DNA of 64,000 bases from an uncultured Phycisphaerales bacterium. GTDB taxonomy: Bacteria; Planctomycetota; Phycisphaerae; Tepidisphaerales; Tepidisphaeraceae. The notes under the pieces are model-generated. The model was not told the origin of the DNA. It saw nothing but the letters and a program-made list of their open reading frames with translations, and did not search any database. Below, piece by piece: positions 1 through 11,400 of this stretch (positions are counted from its first letter, which is position 1; every line of letters begins with the position of its first letter). The translations under genes were made by a program, and so were the position numbers. The DNA lies in the NCBI GenBank assembly GCA_963755915.1, contig CAVWLP010000002.1, positions 3,904,001 to 3,968,000 of the forward strand. The letters are read 5' to 3'.

Positions 1-1643
1 ATTTTACGGGTGCGACCTTCACGAATTCCGGAACCCTTCTGGTCGGCGATGGCGCGCTGGATGACCTCACAACCGCTACCGTCTCCCTCTCGCAACTTGG
101 CACCTTCAGCGCCGACCCCGCCGGCGCGACCAGCCCCGGCACCATCGAAATCGCCGGCACGCTCAACAACACCGGATCGACACTCGCCCTTACCGGCGGA
201 GCCGACTCCCTGCTGATCCCCGGCACCATCGAGGGCGGAACCATCTCCACCCTCACGGGGCTGACATTCACCGGCACCACCACCCTCAGCGACGTGACTC
301 TCGGCGCCAACCTGCCGATGAACGCCAATTTGTTCATCGAGAATGGCCTGACCCTCGCCGACAGTTCCAAGTTGAGCATTGAGAACGGGGATGAATTGTA
401 TATCTATAACGGCAGCCAGAGCATCACCGAGACCGACGGTGGGTCGGGCATTGTGGAGTTCGACGGCACGGGCGCCGGCAATATCGCTCCTTACATTGGC
501 TCACCGACCCTGACGATCGGCTCAAGCATCACCGTGCAAACCGGGACCGGCTCCGGCAGCATCAGCACCGCCGGCCTGATCAACCAGGGGATTATCTCTT
601 CCCAGACCAGCGGAAAGACCCTCACCATCAGTAGCACCACCTTCACCAATTCCGGCACTGTTGAGACCTCCAATGGCGGAGTGCTAAGCATTTCAAGCAG
701 TACATCCGTAACCAACACGGGCCAGTTCACCAACGCCGGTACGACCTCCCTGAATACCATCAGCAATTCCGGCACCTTCACCCAAACCGGCACGCTGACC
801 GAAGCCGGCAACTTCCTCAACAGCGGCACCGCCAGCTTCGGTGGCACGCAAAACTGGACCAAAGGCACGACGCTCACCAACAGCGCCGGCCTGGCCACTT
901 TCGAATCCGATGCCGGCTCTGCCTCCGCATACGATCTGAACATGAACGTCACCGGCGGGCTCGTCACCCTCGAAACCCCGCAGCACTGGCAAGGCCTGAC
1001 CGTTTCCGGCAGCGGCGTCCTGGATATCACCAACAATCACATCATTATCACCTACACCGGCGCCGACCCGGTCTCCTCCATCGCCGCTTATATCAAGAGC
1101 GGATACAACGGCGGCTTCTGGAACGGGCCCGGCGTGATTTCCTCAACCGCACAGACGCTTACCGACGGGCTGCGGTATGGCGTCGGGTGGGCCGACGGCT
1201 CAGACAAAATCGTCACCGGCCTCACCAGCGGCGAGATCGAACTCAAATACACCCTCCTCGGCGACGCCAACCTCGACGGCACCGTTAACGGCTCCGACTT
1301 CAGCATCCTCGCCGCCAACTTCGGCCTCGGCGTCACCAACTGGGATCAGGGCAACTTCCTTTTCAGCTCATCCGTGAATGGCTCCGATTTCTCCGCCCTC
1401 GCCGCCAACTTCGGCCAGGGAGACAACGGCGCGGATTTAGCCGTGTCCCCAGCCGATATCGCCGCGCTCGACGCCTTCGCGGTCGCGAACGATTTGCCCC
1501 TGCCCACATTCGCCTCCGTCCCCGAGCCCGGCTGCGCTTCTTCTCTTCACCGCCGCAAGCGCCGCACTAGTGCGCCGTCGCAGAAGATGATTCCCGGCTC
1601 GTGTATTTTCAATTTCCTCCCTCTAAATCTTCTTCGTGGTTAG
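1..1643 (+). CDS. PEP-CTERM-type surface protein with beta-helix-like repeats and dockerin-like C-terminal module (5' partial)
   Basis: Frame is open from nt 3 (FTGATFTNSGTL...) into ORF 294..1643. Thr/Gly/Asn/Ser-rich repeats, duplicated GDANLDGTVNGSDFSILAANFG-like motif, VPEP followed by RRKRR. Confidence 0.8.
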   Translation, partial: FTGATFTNSGTLLVGDGALDDLTTATVSLSQLGTFSADPAGATSPGTIEIAGTLNNTGSTLALTGGADSLLIPGTIEGGTISTLTGLTFTGTTTLSDVTLGANLPMNANLFIENGLTLADSSKLSIENGDELYIYNGSQSITETDGGSGIVEFDGTGAGNIAPYIGSPTLTIGSSITVQTGTGSGSISTAGLINQGIISSQTSGKTLTISSTTFTNSGTVETSNGGVLSISSSTSVTNTGQFTNAGTTSLNTISNSGTFTQTGTLTEAGNFLNSGTASFGGTQNWTKGTTLTNSAGLATFESDAGSASAYDLNMNVTGGLVTLETPQHWQGLTVSGSGVLDITNNHIIITYTGADPVSSIAAYIKSGYNGGFWNGPGVISSTAQTLTDGLRYGVGWADGSDKIVTGLTSGEIELKYTLLGDANLDGTVNGSDFSILAANFGLGVTNWDQGNFLFSSSVNGSDFSALAANFGQGDNGADLAVSPADIAALDAFAVANDLPLPTFASVPEPGCASSLHRRKRRTSAPSQKMIPGSCIFNFLPLNLLRG

Positions 1644-2445
1644 CTTTTCTTCAGCCCCGGTAATGGCGCCGGCGGATAAGTCGTAAACGGCGTCTCACCC
1701 CGCAACCTCCGGGCAATATCCGCCAGAATTCGATCATCTGCCATCGCGTTCGAATGCGATATCAAAATCGAATCGCTGGCTAGCCAGTAAGGCGTCATCC
1801 CCGGCGGGGCGGCATATATCTCTCCCACAATATCATCGTTCAGAAGCGTATAAGGATAAATCCTGTAGTTCGCCGTCGCGTCCGACGCCGCCAACGCGCT
1901 CAGGAATTTCGACCCCGGCCGAATCTTCCGGTGAAACTCCGTAAACCCCGCCGTTTCCGCCAGCTTCGCTCCCGACTGCGGACTGCTGATGCTGAAGAGC
2001 CGAAAATTCTCAGCCGCCGCGGATGCCCTGCATCCGGCGCCGGCGCCGCCGCATATCGCGCAACCAGCCCTCCCAAAGACACGCCGACCACATCGACTTC
2101 GCTGGTCCAAACCGGGTCGTGGCTTGGGCACGCCGCATCGACCGCCGCGAGCACCTTTTCCCGGCACTCCGCAAAGCTGTTGCAAAACCCAATCGAAACC
2201 GGAATCAGCGTCGCATGTTCCGAAACGCTGCTAAAAAACCACTGCTCATAAGTCGCCGCGACCGCCGGGTCGGCAAATCCTCCGATCAAAACCAGCGGCC
2301 GTTGCAACTCCCGCCGGTCGGTGCGCATCACGGAGATAGCCGCCTTCGCCTGCCCTTCGGTAATGTTAAACGAAGGATTCACCGGCCCCGCCGCGCACCC
2401 CCACGCCGCAACCAGAACCAGCATCCCAGGCCAACCGCATCGCAT
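1640..2445 (-). CDS. alpha/beta-hydrolase (lipase/esterase-like) lipoprotein, frameshift near 2010
   Basis: ORFs 1900..2445 and 1640..2185 join. Lipobox-like AAWGC, nucleophile elbow GVSLGG; paralog of 4245..5061. Confidence 0.75.
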
Positions 2446-2690
2446 TCACGTAACATAGCACACGCTAACATGACGTTCAACCGCCAATCCGTCAGTACCG
2501 ATCCATTCCGCAAATAGCAGTGAACTCGCCAGCCTCGCAATCGCACTTGCCGCTGTTTTCCTCAGCGCTCGCCGCCGACGGCGATTTTGACTTGCAACTC
2601 GCAACTACTTTCACACCTTTCGCACTTTTCACACGTTTCACATCCTCCCCCATCCGGCATTCCCTCGCCCCGAATCCACCCTGCTCCTCA

Positions 2691-4090
2691 TCAAGCCGCG
2701 ATCGCCCTTGGCGTATATCCCCCATGCGCCAGATAAACCTTCAGCGCATCGAACACCTCCGGACAGATTCCCTCACCAGCCGCGCGTGCGAGAATGCTCA
2801 TCACTTCTTCCGACGTCAGGTCTTTGCGGTAAGGCCGCTTTGCCGCCAGGGCTTCGAACATATCCGCCACGCACAGCACTCGATCCGCCGTGGATAATTG
2901 GTCGCCGGGCAATCCGCGATGGTATCCCTTCCCATCCAGCCGTTCATGGTGCGAAGCTGCCAGCGATGCCAAATCTCGAAACCCGCTGACCTGTTGTAGC
3001 AATTGATACGTATACGCCGGATGCTTTCGCATTTCCGCCAGCTCTTCCGCCGTAAGCTTTCCGGGCTTGTCCAGAATCAGGTTCGAAATCCCCAGTTTTC
3101 CGATGTCGTGCAGCAATCCGGCGCGGCGTAGAATTTGACTCTCCGTCCGGCCAAAACCCATCGTCGTCGCGATGCCGCCCGCGATTTCGGCAACGCCTTC
3201 CGAATGTTGAAACGTCCACGGACTTTTCGCGTCGATCACCTGGGCGAACCCATGGGCAATCCGATCCAGCGTGGCGGCGTCCGCCGTCACCGACCGATCC
3301 TGCGGTTCAACCGCCGACACCGCGCCCCTCGGATCTTCCGTGAAAAACGTTTCCCAGAATTGTTCGTCGTTTCGGAAGGATATCATCGCCTGCACCAGTT
3401 CCGGATCGAACCATGTGCCGCTGCGCTCGTTCGCCATTTCATAGGCCGTTTCGATTCCCTCCTCGCGCGAAAACCTCCACCGTCTGCGCCAGCCCGAGAA
3501 TCCGCGCCAGCAGTGGAATGGCATCCCCGCGCAAACCTTCCGGATGCCCATGCCCGTCCCAGTGTTCGTCCAGCGAGCGAATCGCTTCCGCCGTCGCCTC
3601 GGGAAAATGCAGCTCGCGCGCAATCTTCGCCCCGCGCTCGCACGCGCAATTCAATCAGCTCCCGCGCCCCCTTCGGCCCCGCCAGGGCGACCTTCGCCAG
3701 TCGCCCTGCCTTTTGCAACAACGATCCTTCCGGCGCTACGGCCCCCGCGGCATAGGCAAGCGCGGACGGCATGCTCGACCAGTTCACCGTCTTGATCCCC
3801 CCCTTCACTTTCCGATCGTCCGCGCCGAACAGAAAGCACATCTTCGAAGCGTTCGTCGAACACCCCAGATCTTTCATCAACAGCGCGTAAAATAGCGCCG
3901 CGCTCTGGTCCAGCGGCAGCTTCAATTCCCGCGCTAACCGCATCCCGAAATAACAACTCCGCGCCGCATGTCCTTGTGGCTGCCCCTCTGTCAAATCCAG
4001 CGCATACGACAGCGCACCGATGACCTCCGAAAATCTAATTTCAACATTTTTTATCGAACCGATTGCGTCGAGGTGTGCTAACGAAGTCAT
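2691..4090 (-). CDS. HD-GYP domain phosphodiesterase (tandem HD domains), two frameshifts
   Basis: Pieces 3383..4090, 3439..3654 and 2691..3623. Motifs ALDLTEGQPQGH, EHWDGHGHPEG, LLHDIGK, HHERLDGKGYHRG. Confidence 0.85.
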
Positions 4091-4244
4091 TGCCGATATT
4101 TCATCGACGGGATGAGTCGTCGTGATCGTTCCCCCCCGCCCCTTCTATCGCGAACAACCCGTCCAGATGGCTCTTCAGCCCCCTACATCCTGCCCAATCG
4201 CTACAATCCTCTCAGACCGGCAGTCCCCATGCCCCCGAACAATT

Positions 4245-5061
4245 TCATTTCACATCCGGCAACGGCGCCGCCGGCGGGTGCGAAAACGGTGTCTCATCGC
4301 GCAACCGCAAAGCGATATCCGCCAGAATCCGATCGTCCACCATCGCCGCCGGGTGTGGTGGCAATAGCGAATCGTTCGCGAGCCACAGAGCCGTTTCTCC
4401 CGGCGGAGCCGCATACTCCTCGCCGATGATGTCGTCGTTCAGAAGTACATAAGGATAGATCTTGTAACTCGCCGTGGCGTCCGCGGCCGCTACTTCTTTA
4501 AGGAAATACGACCCCGGTCGAAGCTGCCGGTCAAATTCCGTGACCGCCGCGCTCTCGGCAAATTTCGCCCCCGATTGCGGGCTGCTGATGCAGAACAGCC
4601 GCCCGATTCGCAGCCGCCGCGGATGCGCCAAATCGGGCGACGGCGCCGCCGCATACCGCGCCACCAATCCTCCCAGCGAAACTCCCACCACATCCACTTC
4701 GCTCGTCCAGACCGGATCGTGATTCGGGCACGCCTCGTCCACCGCTTCGATCACCTTATCCCGGCAATCCCCGAAACTGTTGCAGAACCCCACCGAAACC
4801 GGAATCAGCAGCGCATTGCTCGAAACCTTTTCAAAAAACAATTTCTGATACGTCGGTACGACATTCGGATCCATGTAGCCGCCTACCAGCAGCACCGGCC
4901 GCTGAAGCGGCCGAGGATCCGCGCATCTGATCGATCGCCTGCTGCGCTTCTTTGTCGGTCACCGGAAACGAAGGATTCACCGGCGCGGCCGAGCACCCCG
5001 CAAGCAGCAGCACTAAAACCCCGACGCGTACAATCCACATAAGCGGCCGATATAGCCGCAC
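4245..5061 (-). CDS. alpha/beta-hydrolase (lipase/esterase-like) lipoprotein, frameshift near 4910
   Basis: ORF 4831..5061 (LLLAGC lipobox) joins 4245..4895 (GVSLGG); closely similar to 1640..2445. Confidence 0.75.
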
Positions 5062-5134
5062 AGCGCCGAAGCGTCAACGGGTTTACCCGCTTCCAATCCC
5101 GCGCGATTTTTCTAATCGCCCTCCGGAGCAATGG

Positions 5135-5317
5135 TCAGGCAGAAGTATCGATCTTCTGCCCTTTGTCCATGTCTCCCGCGGACGAAACTTCCAGGCCGTC
5201 TCCGCCGCCTTTTTCGTTTTCCATCGCGACTGGCGGTTGTGCCGGCTGGCTGGGCGCTTGCTTGTCAATCTGAACGAGCCGCGCTTCTAACTGACTCGCA
5301 ACACTCGGAATTTCCAT
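5135..5317 (-). CDS. small hypothetical protein, C-terminus resembling YjfB-like putative motility proteins
   Basis: GGAGG RBS before ATG at 5317; 60 aa ending KGQKIDTSA. Confidence 0.45.
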   Translation of the reverse strand: MEIPSVASQLEARLVQIDKQAPSQPAQPPVAMENEKGGGDGLEVSSAGDMDKGQKIDTSA

Positions 5318-5432
5318 AAGACCTCCCGTAAAACACGACAACCGTGTTATCGGATCAGTCACGCGGTTCCGATAAACTGAATATAGAATGAAGGGATGAC
5401 AATCTAATAAGCGGTGAGCCCCAATTTGCGCG

Positions 5433-7169
5433 TTATCTCGCTGCCGGCCCGTGCGTATGCGACGGGTCCGACATCGTCGCCGCGTAAACCGGCAGGCGGA
5501 TCGTAAACGCCGTCCCCTCCCCCTGTTTGCTCTTCACGCTGATCGACCCGTCGTGCTCATCGATGATTTTTTTCGCCACTGCCAACCCCAGCCCCGTGCC
5601 CCGGTTTCCTTTTGTCGAGTGGAACAGCTCAAACATGTGGCTCATCAGATTTGGCGGAATCCCCACGCCATTGTCGATCACTTCGATAATCATCTGCTTG
5701 GCTTCGCCGTTATACCGACTCACCACGCGAATGAGCCCCTTCTGCGGCTCGACCGCGTCGAGCGAATTGATGAGCAGATTCATCAAAACCTGGTGCAGCC
5801 CGTCCGGATCGGCTGGCACCGCCGGGATGTCCGGCTCGACGTCGGCGACCACCATAACGCCTTTGTCGTTGGCGCCGGAGGCGATCAACTCGACGCATTC
5901 GTCAACCACGACCTTCGGGTTGATCTGCTCCAGCTTGGGCTCGCGCGGGCGGCTGTAGGCGAGGAGGTTCATCGTCAGATTGTAGATTTTCTCAAGGTTG
6001 CGATCGACGATGCGCCAGCCCTTGGCCGCCTGGGGAAGGTTTGAAGTTCGCAGGCCGATCTCGACGACATCGGCCCCGCCGCGGAGGGCCTGGAGGATAT
6101 TCTTGATGGAGTGGGAGAGCGCTGCCGTGGTTTCACCAATGGCGGCGAGACGCTCGGCATGCAGACCGGCGTGATAGAGCCGGGCGTTGGTTGCGGCAAG
6201 GCCGGCCTGAAGTCCAATTGCGGTCAGAAGACGCAACTGGTCTGGGGCATAGGTGTAATTCTTTACGGAGCTGTCGATGTATATCACGCCGAGGATTTCG
6301 AATTCATTTTTACCGGAAAGCTTCGCGGCCTTGATCGGAACGCAGAGCGCGCTGCGGATGCCCAGGCTGTGAACGCTCTTGCCGGCGCTGAACCGGCGGT
6401 CGGCCATCGCGTTGCTGGAAAGAACGCCTTCGCCGCTGGAGAGGACGTGATTGATGATCGTCCGCGAGGCGTGGATCTTTTCCGGCTGCGGCTTGGGGCC
6501 GTTTTCGGTTTCGACCGCGATTTTGTCGTCCTCGCCCTTGGCTTTTGCGTTTCCGCGATCGGTGTCCTCGCGCGTGCGCACGACCTTGGGAATCAGTTCG
6601 CCCTTTTCCCCGACCAGGAAAATGATCCCCCGATCGGCTTTGACGTGCTCGAAGACCAGGTCCATGACCACTTCCATCACCTGGTCGATGCCGAAGCTGC
6701 TGCCGAGGGCGGCGCCGAGCTGGTAGAGGATTTTGAGGTTGGTCATCGCGACGGCAGCCGGTTCGGGAACGGCGAGGACCATGGAATCGTCGGCGGAGGT
6801 GACGGTGTGCATGATGGAGCTGTCCATGCCGGCTTCGGCGCCGGTGAGGGAGACGTTACCGCCGCTGGTGCGGGTGACGCCGGGCTGGGCGCCGAAGACC
6901 ATGAGGGTTCGGCCGACGCGAATCTGGTCTCCGAGCTTCAGGGCATAGCGGTTGTTGACGCGGGTCCCGTTGACGTAGCTGCCGTTGGAGCTGCCCATGT
7001 CTTTCAGGACCCATTTGCCCTCATCGGGGAGGAGCTCGGCATGGCGGCGGCTGACGGTGTTGTCGGTGATGGGAAGCTGGCGGCTCTCGCGGCCGATCAG
7101 CACGGGGGCATCGGGCAGCTCAAATCGGCGTCCCTTGTCGGGGCCTTGTAGAACCAGAAGGGTGAGCAC
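5433..7169 (-). CDS. FHA-GAF-HisKA-HATPase sensor histidine kinase
   Basis: FHA motifs (IGR, SRRHA, SSNGSYVNG), GAF region, H-box LSHSIKN, N/G boxes (NLLINSLDA, DNGVG, GTGLGL). Confidence 0.92.
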   Translation of the reverse strand: MLTLLVLQGPDKGRRFELPDAPVLIGRESRQLPITDNTVSRRHAELLPDEGKWVLKDMGSSNGSYVNGTRVNNRYALKLGDQIRVGRTLMVFGAQPGVTRTSGGNVSLTGAEAGMDSSIMHTVTSADDSMVLAVPEPAAVAMTNLKILYQLGAALGSSFGIDQVMEVVMDLVFEHVKADRGIIFLVGEKGELIPKVVRTREDTDRGNAKAKGEDDKIAVETENGPKPQPEKIHASRTIINHVLSSGEGVLSSNAMADRRFSAGKSVHSLGIRSALCVPIKAAKLSGKNEFEILGVIYIDSSVKNYTYAPDQLRLLTAIGLQAGLAATNARLYHAGLHAERLAAIGETTAALSHSIKNILQALRGGADVVEIGLRTSNLPQAAKGWRIVDRNLEKIYNLTMNLLAYSRPREPKLEQINPKVVVDECVELIASGANDKGVMVVADVEPDIPAVPADPDGLHQVLMNLLINSLDAVEPQKGLIRVVSRYNGEAKQMIIEVIDNGVGIPPNLMSHMFELFHSTKGNRGTGLGLAVAKKIIDEHDGSISVKSKQGEGTAFTIRLPVYAATMSDPSHTHGPAAR

Positions 7170-7255
7170 GGATTCAGTTTATCTCGCGCCGCGGCGGGTT
7201 GACCAGAAATCTTCGCGGACGCAGAATGGCAGTCGAAAATTCTCAAGGAGTCGCC

Positions 7256-8050
7256 ATGAGCCTTCTAGCCGGTAAAAAAGGATTAATCCTCAACATCGCC
7301 AACGACCGCAGCATCGCGGCGCACATTGCCCAGCATGCCGTGCGAGAGGGGGCCAAGTGCGGGTTTGGGTTTCTGCCGATGGATAATCCGGAAAAGTCGG
7401 AGCGGCGCGTCCGCAAGGCGATGGAGGAGATGGGGTTTCCGGATGAATGGCTCTTTCCTATCGACGTCTCGAAGGATGAGCGGATTGATAAGTTTTTTGC
7501 GGCGGCGCGGGAGAAGTTCGACAAGATCGATTTTCTGGTGCACTCGCTGGCGTTTGCGGATCGGGCCTATCTTCAGAAAAACTATGGGAACTTCACATCG
7601 ACGCCACGAGCGGCGTTTGCGCAGGCGGTGGATATCAGCGCGTATAGCCTGCTGGCGCTGGCACGGGCGGCGGCGCCGCTGATGACGGAGGGGGGATCGA
7701 TCATCGCGCTGACTTATCTGGGCGGCGAAAAGGTTGTGCCGGGGTATAACGTGATGGGTGTGGCGAAGGCGGCGCTGGAGGCAACGGCGCGGTATCTGGC
7801 GTTTGATCTTGGGCCGAAGAGAATTCGGGTGAATACGGTGTCGGCGGGGCCGGTGCGGACGCTGTCGGCGATGGCGGTGGGGGGGATCGATGAGATGTTT
7901 GCGCATGTGGAGCGGAAGGCGCCGCTGCAGCGGAATATTTCCGCGGAGGAAGTGGGGAAGACGGCGGTATACCTTTTGAGCGATTTATCCAGCGGGGTGA
8001 CGGGGGAGAATATTTATGTGGATGGGGGGTTCAGTACCGTGGGGTTATGA
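7256..8050 (+). CDS. fabI: enoyl-ACP reductase FabI
   Basis: AAGGAG RBS before ATG 7256; IANDRSIA, YNVMGVAK catalytic Y...K, VSAGPVRTL. Confidence 0.95.
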   Translation: MSLLAGKKGLILNIANDRSIAAHIAQHAVREGAKCGFGFLPMDNPEKSERRVRKAMEEMGFPDEWLFPIDVSKDERIDKFFAAAREKFDKIDFLVHSLAFADRAYLQKNYGNFTSTPRAAFAQAVDISAYSLLALARAAAPLMTEGGSIIALTYLGGEKVVPGYNVMGVAKAALEATARYLAFDLGPKRIRVNTVSAGPVRTLSAMAVGGIDEMFAHVERKAPLQRNISAEEVGKTAVYLLSDLSSGVTGENIYVDGGFSTVGL

Positions 8051-8055
8051 AGGGC

Positions 8056-8203
8056 ACTGAACAGAACTGAACAAAACTGAACACTTTTTCGATTTTGATT
8101 AGTGAATGCTAGCTTGATAGAGCGGCGTAGGTGATGATGGGGGAAGGGGTTGGGGCGTTTTCTGGCTGATGGTCGGTTTTGGGCTGGAAAAAGTGTTCAG
8201 TTT
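8056..8203. repeat. 3x 10-bp-period ACTGAACA tandem plus 17-bp perfect inverted repeat
   Basis: ACTGAACA at 8056, 8066, 8076; AAACTGAACACTTTTTC at 8074..8090 is the reverse complement of 8187..8203. Confidence 0.7.
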
Positions 8204-8239
8204 GATGGGAAGTTGCGGTTTTGGCGGTTGGGGCGGGTG

Positions 8240-8351
8240 AAAAAAAAGATGCCCCGTCTTTGGGACGTGGCATCGGGTTGCTCCGTAGAGCAGTGCCTGC
8301 GAATCTTTCGTCTTGTTGCGAAAAGTCTCGCAGGACGGGATTGAATAGACT
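8240..8351 (-). ncRNA. tracrRNA (type II-C)
   Basis: Anti-repeat 8315..8351 pairs with the CRISPR repeat (16-nt perfect block 8336..8351 plus the GTTGCG lower stem). It is followed by AACAAG, a C(UACG)G hairpin (8279..8292), a GC hairpin (8248..8274) and a U8 tract. Ends approximate. Confidence 0.9.
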
Positions 8352-8412
8352 GGATAGTAGAATAACTCCGGCTAGAGAGAGATGGGTCAAGGGCGCAAAA
8401 GCGGGAGTTCGG

Positions 8413-11400
8413 ATGGGACATAGGGTTCTTGGTTTGGATGTTGGTGCGAATTCGATCGGGTGGGTTTTGGTGGATCCCGATGAGGGAACGATCATCGCGA
8501 CGGGGGTTCGGGTTTTTCCGGAGGGGGTGGATAACTTCGATACGAAGAAGGAGAAGCCGAAGATGGAGGGGCGGCGGGTTGCGCGGGGGATGAGACGGCA
8601 GATTGCGCGGCGGGCGGGGCGGAAAAGAGAGCTTCGGCGATTGTTGACCGCGAAGGGTTTCCTGCCGCAGGATTCAGCCGAGCAGCGCGATCTCGATGGG
8701 GTTGATCCGTACGATCTCAGGCGACGAGCGCTGAGCGAAAAATTAACCGTGCATGAGATCGGGCGTCTTCTCGTTCATCTGAATCAACGTAGGGGATTTA
8801 AGTCGAACCGGAAGTCGGACCGCGGGAGGAAGGCGGACGACAAGGGGTTGCTGGGGGAAATCAATGCGCTGGCTGCGAAAATAAAGGAGGCGAATTGTCA
8901 GACGCTTGGTGAATACATGTCGGAGCTGCATGAGGACGCTCACACGCGGATTCGGAATCAGCATACGCGGCGCGACATGTTTGATACGGAATTCAAGGTT
9001 TGCTGGCAAAAGCAGCGGGAGCATCATCCGGAGGTATTGACGGATGAACTGAAGAAAGAGGTTCATCGGGTGATCTTTTTTCAGCGGGAGATTTATTGGC
9101 CGAAATCGGTGGTGGGGCGGTGCGAGCTGGAGCCGCGGGAGGCGCGGCGCCGCGGGCGGATCGGCTGGCGCAGCGGTTTCGGCTTCTGCAAGAGGTAAAC
9201 AATCTGCGGTACTTTGATCCTGGCACGGGAGGAGAGAGGGCTCAGTGCGGAGCAGCGGATGCTCTTGCTGGATAAATTGTCGCGTGTTGAAAAGATGGAT
9301 TTTGAACGGATTCGCAAGGCAATGGGATTCATCGATTCGATTGCATTTAATCTGGAGCGCGGGAATCGCAAGGCGCTGAAGGGGATGCCGACGGATTATG
9401 CGCTGGCAAAGAAAGAGTTGTTTGGGCCGGCGTGGCACGAATTTTCGGAATCGAAGAAGAACAAAATCGTTCGAGAATTGATTGATGTGAAGGATGAGGA
9501 ATTGCCGGCGCTGGCGGCGAAATGGGGCTTGCCGGCGGAGTCTGTGGAGTGTCTGGGGGCGGTGGATTTTCCGGATGGGTATGCGGCGCTGAGCCGGGTG
9601 GCGCTGGAGAAACTGGTCCCGCACATGGTGCGTGGGCTGCTTTATATGACGGATGATGAGACGCCGTGTGCGCTGACGGAGGCGGGTTACCTTCGGCCGG
9701 ATAAGAGGGAGCGGAAGGTGTTGGCGGAGCTTGGGGAGCCGCCGGAGATTGCCAATCCGGTGGTGAGGCAGGCGATGTTCGAGTTTCGGAAACTTGTGAA
9801 TGCGATTATCCGGGAGCACGGGAAGCCGGCACGGATTCATATTGAGCTGGCGCGCAACGCGACGATGTCGTCGGAGGAGAGGCAGAAGGCGTCGAAGCGG
9901 AGGCAGGAAAACGAAAAGTTGCGGGATGAGGCGGCGGAGATGATTCGTTCGGCGGGGATTAGGGTTTCGCGCGACGGGATAGACCGGGTTATTTTGTGGC
10001 GTGAGCAGGGGGCTAACTGCGTTTACAGCGGGCGAGCGATCAGCCTGACGCAATTGCTCCAGGGTGAGGTGGACATCGACCATATTCTTCCGCGGTCGCG
10101 ATGCCTGGACGATTCAATGGCGAACAAGGTGGTGGCCTTTCGGGAGTTGAACCACTTGAAGGGGAATCGGACGCCGCGAGAGTGGCTGGAGAGTGAACCT
10201 GAGCGATACAACCAGGTGCTGCTACAAGCAGCGGGGCTTGCATATGCCAAGCGCAAGCGTTTTGCGCAGAAAGAGCTGGAGCTGGATAAGTTCGTTCTTC
10301 GGCAGTTGAACGATACGCGATACATCGCGCGGGAAGCGGCGCGGTATCTTCGGACGATTGTCGATGAGCCGCATCATGTTTTGTGTCCGAAGGGGAGCCA
10401 TACGGCGGAGCTTCGGAGACACTGGGGGCTGAACACGGTGCTGCGGGAACTGGCGGACAGTCCGGGGTGGAGCGCGGAAAGCGATTTGCGCGATGGGGAG
10501 AAGGATAGGTCGGACCATCGACATCATACGATCGATGCGCTGGTTGTTGCGCTGACGGACCAATCGCGGTTGCAGCAATTGGCGAGGATTCAGCGGGAAG
10601 GGGGGACGGAGACGACGGGTGAGGTATTGCCTGAACCATGGCCGCACTTCCGCAGCCTCGTAGTTGGGGCACTGCAGCAAATTTGCGTATCGCATCGTGT
10701 TCAAAGGCGTGTTAGCGGAGCGCTCCATGAGGAGACGATTTATGGTCCTATCCGACGGCGGGATGTTCATGGCGAGTTGGTGGCGAAACCCGACGAGTTT
10801 GCGGTTCGCAAGCCGTTGGAGGCGCTTACGATTTCCATGGTCCATAACATCCGGGATAAGGCGATCCGGGCGCTCGTCTGGGGGCATTGAAAGAGCGAGG
10901 TATTGAGTTCGCTAATGGGGCCAAGGGGACGATTCCGAAGGAAGTTTGGAACCCCCAACTGAGGATGGCGTCGGGCGTGCCGATCAAGCGGGTCCGGATT
11001 TGCGTGGCGATGGGTTCCGAGAGTGTTGCGCACCTGAAAGACGGAAGAATTGTGGCGAAGGGGAGCAATCACCACGTTGAGATTTTCAAGGACGGGCGCG
11101 GCCATCGAATGGCACGCATTGTTTCTACATTTGACGCTGCCCGGCGGATCGTACAACGGCAGCCCGTGATCGATCGAAGTGCGCCGCCCGGCTTTGAATT
11201 CGTGATGTCGCTTTCGATAAATGAGATGATTTTGGTTCCAGACTTACCCGTGGGCAGGGCGTTGCATCGTGTTCAGAAAATGGATGTAAATGGGTCGGTA
11301 ATCTTACGACCACATACGTATGCGGGACGCGCAAAAGATACGGATAAACCGCCACTGATTTTGCGGAGAAGCGGCACAACCCTTCGCGGGCAAAAGGTAA

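Noticed and set aside
8352-8400. Canonical tracrRNA promoter
   Set aside because: TTGACC and TATTCT on the minus strand are 20 nt apart, outside normal spacing.
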